From Inmirania thermothiophila (GTDB taxonomy: Bacteria > Pseudomonadota > Gammaproteobacteria > DSM-100275), in assembly GCF_003751635.1 (NCBI RefSeq), contig NZ_RJVI01000001.1:504726-536725 (forward strand): a stretch of DNA of 32,000 nucleotides, read 5' to 3'. Of the stretch, positions 8,662 to 16,723 are shown one piece after another. The position numbers and the translations under genes were made by a program. The notes below the pieces were generated by a model, which saw only the letters and a program-made list of their open reading frames with translations, ran no database searches and was not told the DNA's origin. Every line of letters begins with the position of its first letter. The first letter of the stretch is position 1.

Positions 8662-9264
8662 TCAGGCCGAGGCGATGCGTCGCGCCAGCCGCGCGTGCAG
8701 CGGGCTCGAGCGCGGGAAGTGGGCGAGCAGGAAGGCCATCTGGTCGGCCAGCACGCGCCGGCCCTGGAGGTAGACGTACTCGGCGTGGGTCGGGGTGAAG
8801 GGCACGGCGAGCAGCGTCATCCCCGCCTCCTCGGGGGTGCGTCCCGCCTTGTGGGTGTTGCAGCGTCTGCAGGCGGTGACGACGTTGTTCCAGCTGTCGG
8901 CGCCGCCGCGGCTGATGGGGGTGACGTGGTCGCGGGAGAGCTCCGCGGCCGGGAAGCGCCCGCCGCAGTAGAGGCAGAGGTAGGCGTCGCGCTTGAACAG
9001 GGCGCGGTTGTTGAGGGGCGGGACGTGATCGCGCCAGGCCCGCTCGCGCGGGTGGCCGTGGGTGGCGATGATGGAGCTGACCTCGATGAGGCTGCGCCGG
9101 CCGCTGCGGGCGTTGATGCCGCCGCGGATGCGGTAGAGCAGGGTGCCGCAGCTGTAGGCCACCTGGCCCAGATGGTAGAGCCGTACCGCCTCGCGATAGT
9201 CCACCCACTCCAGGGGCATCCCGGAGGGATCGGTCCGCAGCACCTGCTGGGCAAGGTCCGCCAT
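8662..9264 (-). CDS. HNH endonuclease with an uncharacterised ~100-aa N-terminal domain, 200 aa
   Basis: HNH/Zn motif: 'CLYCGGRF...SRDHVTPISRGGADSWNNVVTACRRCNTHK'. I prefer the start at ATG 9264 (MADLAQQ) over 9288, because an extended -10-like element (9275..9283) lies between the two ATGs. Confidence 0.8.
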   Translation of the reverse strand: MADLAQQVLRTDPSGMPLEWVDYREAVRLYHLGQVAYSCGTLLYRIRGGINARSGRRSLIEVSSIIATHGHPRERAWRDHVPPLNNRALFKRDAYLCLYCGGRFPAAELSRDHVTPISRGGADSWNNVVTACRRCNTHKAGRTPEEAGMTLLAVPFTPTHAEYVYLQGRRVLADQMAFLLAHFPRSSPLHARLARRIASA

Positions 9265-9274
9265 GCCGCCACCC

Positions 9275-9283
9275 AATCTAGCA
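9275..9283 (-). promoter_or_regulatory. Extended -10-like element TGcTAGATT upstream of the HNH gene
   Basis: The minus strand reads cgTGcTAGATTgggtggcggcATG. The same TGCTA-type motif recurs upstream of two other minus-strand genes and one plus-strand gene in this window. Confidence 0.35.
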
Positions 9284-9307
9284 CGCATGCGCCCGCGCGC
9301 GCATGCG
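9284..9307 (-). terminator. Hairpin downstream of dsrC (9-bp stem, 6-nt loop); possible terminator or processing site
   Basis: cgcatgcgc-ccgcgc-gcgcatgcg is a perfect inverted repeat between the dsrC stop (9366) and the HNH start. No U-tract follows on the minus strand. Confidence 0.3.
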
Positions 9308-9365
9308 GGTCCGATAATCCTTGGGCAGCGCCGGCGGCGCGAGGTTCGCGCCGCAGGGTGCGGGC

Positions 9366-9698
9366 TCAGACGCAGCCGGTGGGCTTGGGCAGCCCCGCGA
9401 TGCGGCAGGCCTGCTTGGCCGGCCCGTAGGGGAACAGGCCGTAGAGATAGCGGCTGTTGCCCTTCTCGGGGCCGTAGGTCTTGGCGAAAGACTTCTGCAG
9501 CTGGCGCACGTTGGGCACGGTGCCGGTCTCCTCGTAGCCTTGGCGCAGGAAGCGGATCACCTCCCAGTGGGCCTCGGTCAGCTTCAGCCCCTCGCGCTCG
9601 GCGAGGGCCTCGGCCAGGGACTCGCTCCAGTCCGAAAGGTTGCGCAGATAGCCCTCGGCGTCGGTCTCGATGCGGCGCCCGTCGATCTCGAACTCCAT
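9366..9698 (-). CDS. dsrC: DsrC-family sulfur-relay protein (DsrC/TusE), 110 aa
   Basis: The protein is DsrC/TusE-like over its full length. The C-terminal arm 'AKQACRIAGLPKPTGCV' carries both conserved cysteines (Cys-X10-Cys-Val), the DsrC signature; TusE has only the last Cys. A strong SD (GAGGAGG) precedes the ATG. Confidence 0.85.
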   Translation of the reverse strand: MEFEIDGRRIETDAEGYLRNLSDWSESLAEALAEREGLKLTEAHWEVIRFLRQGYEETGTVPNVRQLQKSFAKTYGPEKGNSRYLYGLFPYGPAKQACRIAGLPKPTGCV

Positions 9699-9756
9699 GC
9701 CGGCGTTCCTCCTCGCTGCGGGATCCCCCCGGCGCGGTACCGGGGTCTCGGGACGG

Positions 9757-9762
9757 AAGCTA
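9757..9762 (-). promoter_or_regulatory. Candidate -10 hexamer TAGCTT for dsrC
   Basis: The minus strand reads ggatTTAGCTTcc. Its upstream edge lies 29.5 bp from the centre of the TTGA-N6-TCAA box, which puts the box at about -41.5. Confidence 0.3.
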
Positions 9763-9784
9763 AATCCGAGCGCCCAGCCAGGAA

Positions 9785-9798
9785 TTGACCCAGGTCAA
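9785..9798. promoter_or_regulatory. CRP/FNR-family (FNR/FixK/Dnr-type) box TTGACccagGTCAA
   Basis: A perfect 5-4-5 palindrome matches the TTGA-N6-TCAA core. It lies in the 167-bp divergent region between dsrC (-) and the RNA ligase gene (+), and no -35 hexamer is evident for either flanking -10. Confidence 0.5.
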
Positions 9799-9822
9799 GC
9801 GGGAGCGGCATCCACCCCCCGC

Positions 9823-9828
9823 TATACT
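9823..9828 (+). promoter_or_regulatory. Candidate -10 hexamer TATACT for the RNA ligase gene
   Basis: This is a near-consensus -10, 38 nt upstream of ATG 9866. GAAGGAG (SD) lies between the two. The FNR-type box centre is 31.5 bp upstream of the hexamer. Confidence 0.4.
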
Positions 9829-9865
9829 CCACCGGGGATAGGCGAAGCCGCGAAGGAGCGGGCGC

Positions 9866-10969
9866 ATGGCAGGGAGCGGGATGGCCGCGCTGCGCGAGGC
9901 CGCGGGCGCGGCGGGCAAGCTCGCCGCCGAGGAGCACGAGGGGCTGCGCTACGAGCGCCTCGTGGACGACTGGCACGGGCTCGCCCGCGGCACGGTCTTC
10001 GCCGCCGGCATCGTGATCCCGGGCTATCCTCCCATCCCGCGCATCCTCCGCCTCGCCACGGGCCTTGCCGAGCGCTTCCCGGGCCCCTTCCGCGTGGAGG
10101 AGAAGATCGACGGCTACAACGTGCGCTACGCCCTCGTGGAGGGGCGGCTCCTCGGCTTCAGCCGCGGCGGCTTCGTCTGCCCCTTCGCCACCGACCGCGG
10201 GCCGGAGCTCTTCGACCCGGCGGTGCTGGAGGAGGCCCCGTCGCGGGTGCTCTGCGCCGAGCTCGCAGGCCCCGGCAATCCCTACAACATCGGCCGGCCT
10301 CCGGATCCGGTCGCGGACGTGGCCCTCTACGCCTTCGATCTGCTCGCCACGGACGGTTCCGGCTTCCTGCCCGCCGGGGAGCTGGATGCGCTGGCCGCGG
10401 CGGGGGCGGTGCGCCGCGCCCGCCTCCTCGGCCGGCACACCGCGGCGGACGTCGCCGCGCTGCGGACCCTGCTGCACCGGCTCGATGCGGAGCGCCGCGA
10501 GGGGGTGGTCTTCAAGGAGGACGGACCCCAGGGGCGGCGCGCCAAGTACACCACGGCGCGGGTGACGGTGGACGACCTGCGGGTGACGGGGGCGGAGCTC
10601 CTGGACCTGCCGCCGTGGTACTTCACGGGACGGCTGCTGCGGCTTGCGCTCTTCGTCGACGAGGAGGGGCTGCCGCGGGAGCGGCTCGCCGCCGAGATGG
10701 GGACGGCGCTGCTCGAGGGGATGCTGGATGCGGTGGCGCAGGTGCGCGACCACGGCCGCGTCGAGCACGCCTTCCGCTGCCGCTTCCGCGCGCGGGCCAA
10801 TGCCGAGCGCTTCGCGGCCATGTTGCGCGGGCGCGCCGCGGTGCAGGTTCTCGTCGACGGCATCGAGCCCGACGCCGAGGGCTACCACGTCCTGCGCTTC
10901 CGGCGCGTCTACCCGGCCATGACCGGGCTGCTCGCCAACGTCCTGCGCGGCGGCGCCATCGAGGACTGA
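9866..10969 (+). CDS. ATP-dependent RNA ligase, archaeal Pab1020/Rnl3-like family, 367 aa
   Basis: Covalent nucleotidyltransferase motifs are present: I 'RVEEKIDGYNVR' (Lys80, codon 10103..10105), 'GFSRGGFVCPF', III-like 'VLCAELAGPGNPY', IV 'EGVVFKE' and V 'AKYTT'. Length and motif order match the Pab1020 family. Confidence 0.8.
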   Translation: MAGSGMAALREAAGAAGKLAAEEHEGLRYERLVDDWHGLARGTVFAAGIVIPGYPPIPRILRLATGLAERFPGPFRVEEKIDGYNVRYALVEGRLLGFSRGGFVCPFATDRGPELFDPAVLEEAPSRVLCAELAGPGNPYNIGRPPDPVADVALYAFDLLATDGSGFLPAGELDALAAAGAVRRARLLGRHTAADVAALRTLLHRLDAERREGVVFKEDGPQGRRAKYTTARVTVDDLRVTGAELLDLPPWYFTGRLLRLALFVDEEGLPRERLAAEMGTALLEGMLDAVAQVRDHGRVEHAFRCRFRARANAERFAAMLRGRAAVQVLVDGIEPDAEGYHVLRFRRVYPAMTGLLANVLRGGAIED

Positions 10970-10977
10970 ACGCGGCC

Positions 10978-11568
10978 TCAGGGCGCGAAGTGCTCGATCC
11001 GGTTCTCGAGGATGCGGCGGAAGTGGCGCGGGTCGATGATCTTGACCCCGAGGCGGTCGGCCCAGCGCAGCAGGCCCTCGTCCGCCGAGACCACCACTCC
11101 GTCCACCTCGTAGGCGAGCAGGAGCACGTCGGCGTCCTCGCGGCTGTCGACGATGCCCTTGCGCAGGGCCTCGCGGTAGCGCTCGCGCAGGTGGTGCATG
11201 AGGCGCTCGGCGTCGCCCGCATCGACGCTCCGCCCGGCCAGGCGCATGTGCTCCTCGGCGATGCGCAGGCCGCGGTTGATGCGCTCGCGCACCTCCTCGA
11301 TGAACTCGTAGAGGATCTCGCTCGGCAGCTGCATGCCGAAGCGGCGCGGCGAACGGATGTAGACCACGGTCTCGAAGTCGGCGGCCACCTCGGCGAGGTC
11401 GCGCATGCGCCCGAGCTCCTCGTAGACCGAGATCGGCATGTAGAAGCGGGCGTGGGCGCGGGGGGCGAGCGCGACGAAGGCGGTGATGGCCCCGTGCGGC
11501 TCGTCGGCGAACTGCGCGTAGACGTCGGGGTTGGTGAACAGGCTGGTGTCGAGGACGTAGCTCTCCAT
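10978..11568 (-). CDS. PIN-domain protein of the 'RNA ligase partner, MJ_0950' family, 196 aa
   Basis: '[14 protein letters not shown]' supplies the PIN N-terminal Asp, followed by acidic residues in 'VYEELG' and 'VVSADEGLL'. I prefer the start at ATG 11568 (SD AAGGCGGAG upstream), because the upstream ATG at 11601 lies inside a -10-like hexamer. Confidence 0.75.
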   Translation of the reverse strand: MESYVLDTSLFTNPDVYAQFADEPHGAITAFVALAPRAHARFYMPISVYEELGRMRDLAEVAADFETVVYIRSPRRFGMQLPSEILYEFIEEVRERINRGLRIAEEHMRLAGRSVDAGDAERLMHHLRERYREALRKGIVDSREDADVLLLAYEVDGVVVSADEGLLRWADRLGVKIIDPRHFRRILENRIEHFAP

Positions 11569-11596
11569 CGCCGCCGCTCCGCCTTCGCCTGGGGCG

Positions 11597-11605
11597 AGCA
11601 TAGCA
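11597..11605 (-). promoter_or_regulatory. Extended -10-like element TGcTATGCT upstream of the PIN partner gene
   Basis: The minus strand reads cgTGcTATGCTcgcc. It gives a ~25-nt leader to ATG 11568 that includes an SD. Confidence 0.35.
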
Positions 11606-11627
11606 CGGCGCAGGCGGGCGCCGCGGC

Positions 11628-11636
11628 TGCTAGGAT
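11628..11636 (+). promoter_or_regulatory. Extended -10-like element TGcTAGGAT exactly 6 nt before ATG 11643 (possible leaderless start); AGGA could instead be an SD
   Basis: The plus strand reads gcTGcTAGGATggccccATG. Confidence 0.3.
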
Positions 11637-11642
11637 GGCCCC

Positions 11643-12427
11643 ATGTGCCTGATCCTCGTCGCCCACCGCGCCCACCCGCGCTGGCCCCTCGTCATCGCCG
11701 CCAACCGCGACGAGTTCCGCGACCGCCCGGCGGCGCCGGCGGCATGGTGGCGCGAGGACGCGCGGGTGCTCGCCGGGCGCGACCTCGCCGCCGGCGGGAC
11801 CTGGCTGGGGGTGCGCCGCGACGGGCGCTGGGCCGCGGTGACCAACGTCCGCGAGGGCCGGCGCGGGCGGCATCCGCGCTCGCGCGGCGAACTCGTCGCC
11901 CGCTACCTCCTCGGCGATGCGCCGCCGCGGGCCTTCCTCGCCGAGGCCCTCGCCGGGGGGGCGGCCTACGGCGGCTTCAACCTGCTCGTGGCCACCCCCG
12001 ACGAGGTCCTCTACGGCTCCAACCGCGGCCACGGCATCCACGCCCTCGCCCCGGGGGTGCACGGCCTCAGCAACGGCCGCCTCGACGCCCCCTGGCCCAA
12101 GGTGCGCAGGGGGCGGGAGGGCCTGCGGGCGCTGCTTGCGGGCGAGGGCCCGCGGGTCGAGGCGCTGATGGCGCTGCTTGCCGACCGTCGCGAGGCGCCC
12201 CCGGAGGCGCTGCCGGATACCGGCGTCGGCCCCGAACGGGAGCGGCGGCTTTCACCGCTCTTCATCGTCGGCGCCGACTACGGCACGCGCTGCTCCACGG
12301 TCCTGGTGGTGGACCGGGAGGGGCGGGCCTGCCTCGTGGAGCGCACCTGGGACGGCCGCGGCGAGGCGGTGGGCGAGTGCCGCCACGAGTTCGAGATCCC
12401 GGCCTTTGCTGCGGGGGAGGAGGTGTC

Positions 12428-12431
<4 letters not shown>
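11643..12431 (+). CDS. NRDE-family protein (DUF833, TANGO2-like), 262 aa
   Basis: N-terminal 'MCLIL' (Cys2), the eponymous 'AANRDEF', and 'GGTWLG' are present. Confidence 0.85.
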
Positions 12432-13648
<1,217 letters not shown>

Positions 13649-13652
13649 GCCC

Positions 13653-14852
13653 CTACTCGCCGCGCAGGGCCTCCACCGGGTCGAGGCGGGCGGCGCGCCG
13701 CGCCGGCCACACGCCGGCGGCGAGGCCGATGGCGAGGGCGGTGGCGGCGGCCGCGGCGAGATAGCCCCAGGGCACGTGCACCGGCAGCCCCGGCAGCAGC
13801 CGCGCCGCCGAGAGCGCGAGGAGCAGCCCGCCGGCGATGCCGGCGGCGGCCCCGGCGAGGGCCACCGCGGCGGCCTCGCCGAGAAAGAGGGCGAGGATCT
13901 GGCCGCGCCTCGCGCCCAAGGCACGCAGCAGTCCCACCTCGGCGGTGCGCTCGGCGACCCCGATGGTCATGATGGTGAGGATGCCGACGCCGCCGACGAG
14001 GAGGGAGATGGCGCCGAGGGCTGCGACCGCAAGCTGCAGCACCTCGAGGACCGAGCCCAGGACCTCGAGCATCTGCGTCTGGGTCACGAGGGTGAAGTCC
14101 TCGCCCCCGTGCCGTGCCAGGAGCAGGCGGCGCACCGCCGCCGTGACCCGCTCCACGGCCAGCTCCGGCCGGTAGAGGAGATCCACCTCCATCAGGCCCT
14201 CGCGATCGAACATGGCGAGGGCCCGCCCCACCGGGATGTAGACCGCATCGTCGAGGTCGAAGCCGAGGAACTGCCCCTTGGGCGCCATGACCCCGACGAC
14301 GCGGTAGCGCTCGCCGCCGATGCGCACGCGCCGCCCGAGGGGGTTGACCGCCGGGAAGAGGGCCGCGCGCACGCGGGCCCCGAGGACCGCGAAGGGGCGC
14401 GCCCGCCGGGGGGGATCCGCGGGCAGGAAGCGGCCTGCGGCGACGGCGAAGCGCCACACCGCGGGCAGGTCGGCGTCGGCCCCGAAGACGAGCACCCGCC
14501 GCGAGCGCCCACCCGCCTCCACCGCCGCGTTGCCCTGCACGAAGGGCACCGCCGCCGCCACCTCCGGCAGCCGCTCCAGCGCCTCGGCGTCCTCCAGGGT
14601 GAGGGGCCGCACCGTGTTGATCACGGCCCCGGAGATGCCCAGGGTCGTGGTGCGCCCCGGCACCACCGCCACGAGATGGGTGCCGAACTGGGTGAACTCG
14701 GCCAGGACGTAGCGGCGCAGGCCCTCCCCGAGGCTGGTCAGGACCACCACCGCCGCCACCCCCACGGCGATGCCGAGGGCGGTGAGGAGGCTGCGCGCGC
14801 GCCAGGCCCGCAGGCTGCCGGCGACGAGGGCGACGGCGTCGGCGGCGCGCAC
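13653..14852 (-). CDS. ABC transporter permease, FtsX/MacB-type (copy 2), 399 aa
   Basis: The MacB_PCD-like periplasmic domain sits between TM1 and TM2. The C-terminal FtsX region includes '[21 protein letters not shown]'. It is paralogous to the upstream permease. Confidence 0.85.
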   Translation of the reverse strand: MRAADAVALVAGSLRAWRARSLLTALGIAVGVAAVVVLTSLGEGLRRYVLAEFTQFGTHLVAVVPGRTTTLGISGAVINTVRPLTLEDAEALERLPEVAAAVPFVQGNAAVEAGGRSRRVLVFGADADLPAVWRFAVAAGRFLPADPPRRARPFAVLGARVRAALFPAVNPLGRRVRIGGERYRVVGVMAPKGQFLGFDLDDAVYIPVGRALAMFDREGLMEVDLLYRPELAVERVTAAVRRLLLARHGGEDFTLVTQTQMLEVLGSVLEVLQLAVAALGAISLLVGGVGILTIMTIGVAERTAEVGLLRALGARRGQILALFLGEAAAVALAGAAAGIAGGLLLALSAARLLPGLPVHVPWGYLAAAAATALAIGLAAGVWPARRAARLDPVEALRGE

Positions 14853-14855
14853 CGC

Positions 14856-16052
14856 TCAGCGCCCCGCCAGCGCCGCCACCGGGTCGAGGCGGGCGGCGCG
14901 CCGCGCCGGCAGCAGCCCGAGGCCGGCCCCGGCGGCGAGGGCGGTGGCCGGGCCCGCCACGGCCGCCCACGCCGGCACCGCCAGCGGCAGCGACGGCAGC
15001 AGCCGCGCCAGCACCCAGCCGCCCAGGTGGCCGAGGGCGAGGCCGGCGAGGGCGCCGGCGAGGCTGAGCAGCGCGGCCTCGGCGAGAAACAGGGCGAGCA
15101 CCGTGCGCCGCCGCGCCCCCAGGGCGAGCAGGAGGCCGATCTCGGCACGGCGCTGGGCCACCGCCACCAGCATCACGTTCATGGTGAGGATGCCGGCGAC
15201 GAGCAGGCTCACGGCGGCGATGGCGGCGACCACCCGGGTGAGGAGGGCGAGGATGCGGTCGAAGGTGGCCACCACGGCGTCCTGGGTGATCACGGTGACG
15301 TCCAGGGTGCCGTGGCGGCGCCCGATCAGGCCCTCGATGGCCCGGCGCGCCGGCGCCAGGGCGGCGCGGTCGCGGGCCTCGGCGAGGATGCGGAAGAGCC
15401 CGCTGCGATCGAAGAGCGCCTGCGCATAGGCCACCGGCACCAGCACCACCTCGTCGAAGTCGAGGCCGAGGCTCCGCCCCTCCGGCGCGAGGATGCCGAT
15501 CACCCGGCAGCGGCGCTCACCGAGGCGCAGCCAGCGCCCCACCGCGCGCGTGCCGGGATAGAGCTCGCGCGCCAGCGTCGCGCCGAGGACGCACACCGGG
15601 CGTGCCGCCGTGCCGGGGGGAAGGAAGCGCCCGGCGGCGAGGCGCAGGCGCCGGATCGGCCGCATCTCGGCGGTGGTGCCCACCACCGTGGCCTCGCGCT
15701 CGCGCCCGCCCGCCGCCGCCGGGGCCGAGCCCACCACCACCGGCGCCACCCGCCGCACCGGCGGCAGCCGCGCCACCGCGGCGGCGTCGGCGAGGGTGAG
15801 CTCGCGCGGGGTCTCGGCGATGAGCGGCGGCGGCCCGCCCACGGTCTCGCTGCGCCCGGGCAGGACCACCACCAGGTGGGTGCCGAGCGCGGTGAAGCGA
15901 TCCACCACGAAGCGGCGGGTCCCCTCGCCGAGGGCGGCGAGGAGCACCACCGCCGCGACCCCGACGGCGGTGGCGGCGAGGGTGAGGAGGCTGCGGCGGC
16001 GGTGGCCGCGCAGGGCGGCGGCGGCCCAGGCGAGGACGTCCGCCGCCCTCAC
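14856..16052 (-). CDS. ABC transporter permease, FtsX/MacB-type (copy 1), 398 aa
   Basis: The GTG start at 16052 overlaps the ATPase stop (GTGA). FtsX motif region: '[21 protein letters not shown]'. Confidence 0.85.
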   Translation of the reverse strand: MRAADVLAWAAAALRGHRRRSLLTLAATAVGVAAVVLLAALGEGTRRFVVDRFTALGTHLVVVLPGRSETVGGPPPLIAETPRELTLADAAAVARLPPVRRVAPVVVGSAPAAAGGREREATVVGTTAEMRPIRRLRLAAGRFLPPGTAARPVCVLGATLARELYPGTRAVGRWLRLGERRCRVIGILAPEGRSLGLDFDEVVLVPVAYAQALFDRSGLFRILAEARDRAALAPARRAIEGLIGRRHGTLDVTVITQDAVVATFDRILALLTRVVAAIAAVSLLVAGILTMNVMLVAVAQRRAEIGLLLALGARRRTVLALFLAEAALLSLAGALAGLALGHLGGWVLARLLPSLPLAVPAWAAVAGPATALAAGAGLGLLPARRAARLDPVAALAGR

Positions 16053-16723
16053 CGCCGGCGGTCCTCCACGATGCGCCCGTCCTCGAGCCGGATCAGGCGC
16101 GGGGCGCGCCCGCCGATGGCGGGGTCGTGGGTGACCACCACGAGGGTGAGGCCCTCGCCGTGGAGCCGCTCGAGCAGCGCCAGGACCTCGCGCCCGGTGG
16201 CGCGGTCGAGGTTGCCGGTGGGCTCGTCGGCGAGCAGCAGCGCCGGGCGCAGGATGGTGGCGCGGGCGATGGCGACGCGCTGGCGCTGCCCGCCCGAGAG
16301 CTCGTCCGGGCGGTGGGCGGCGCGGTGGGCGAGGCCGACGCCGGCGAGCGCCTCGGCCACGCGCCGGCGCCGCGCCGCCGGTGCGACGCCGGCCAGCACC
16401 AGGGGCAGGGCGACGTTGTCGGCGGCGCTCAGCCGCGGCACCAGGTGGAAGAACTGGAAGACGAAGCCGATGCGGCGCAGGCGCAGGGCGGCGCGGGCGT
16501 CGTCGTCGAGGCCGCCGACGTCGGCCCCGTCGAGGAGGTAGCGGCCGGCACTCGGGCGATCCAGCAGGCCCAGGATGTGCAGCAGCGTCGACTTGCCCGA
16601 GCCCGACGGCCCCATGATGGCGACGTATTCGCCGGCCTCGACGGCGAGGTCGACCCCGCGCAGGGCGTGCACCGGCTCGCCGCCGACCCGGAAGGTGCGG
16701 CTCACGCCCTCGAGGCGGATCAT
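16049..16723 (-). CDS. ABC transporter ATP-binding protein (MacB/LolD-like), 224 aa
   Basis: An internal ATG at 16723 lies in ORF 16049..17797. Walker A 'GPSGSGKST', Q-loop 'FVFQFF', signature '[14 protein letters not shown]', Walker B '[12 protein letters not shown]' and 'VTHD' are present. Confidence 0.9.
   Translation of the reverse strand: MIRLEGVSRTFRVGGEPVHALRGVDLAVEAGEYVAIMGPSGSGKSTLLHILGLLDRPSAGRYLLDGADVGGLDDDARAALRLRRIGFVFQFFHLVPRLSAADNVALPLVLAGVAPAARRRRVAEALAGVGLAHRAAHRPDELSGGQRQRVAIARATILRPALLLADEPTGNLDRATGREVLALLERLHGEGLTLVVVTHDPAIGGRAPRLIRLEDGRIVEDRRR

Noticed and set aside
8655-8664. A 10-bp perfect palindrome TGAGCGCTCA sits at the junction of the convergent NodJ-like and HNH genes.
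   Set aside because: It consists of the two opposing stop codons (TGA / TCA) around GCGC. This is most simply coincidence. It is too short for a terminator and has no loop.
9768-9783. A sigma54-like TGGC...element (minus strand cTGGCtgggcgctcgg) lies upstream of dsrC.
   Set aside because: The -12 element is wrong: CGG occupies the position where TGC is required at the correct 10-11 nt spacing from the GG.
13776-16541. A 921-aa plus-strand ORF lies antisense to the two FtsX permeases and the ABC ATPase. ORFs 13345..14970(-) and 12278..13924(-) were considered alongside it.
   Set aside because: The sequences are low complexity (runs of R/G/E/A/P) with no motifs. They overlap CDSs that have clear Walker and FtsX motifs and translational coupling.
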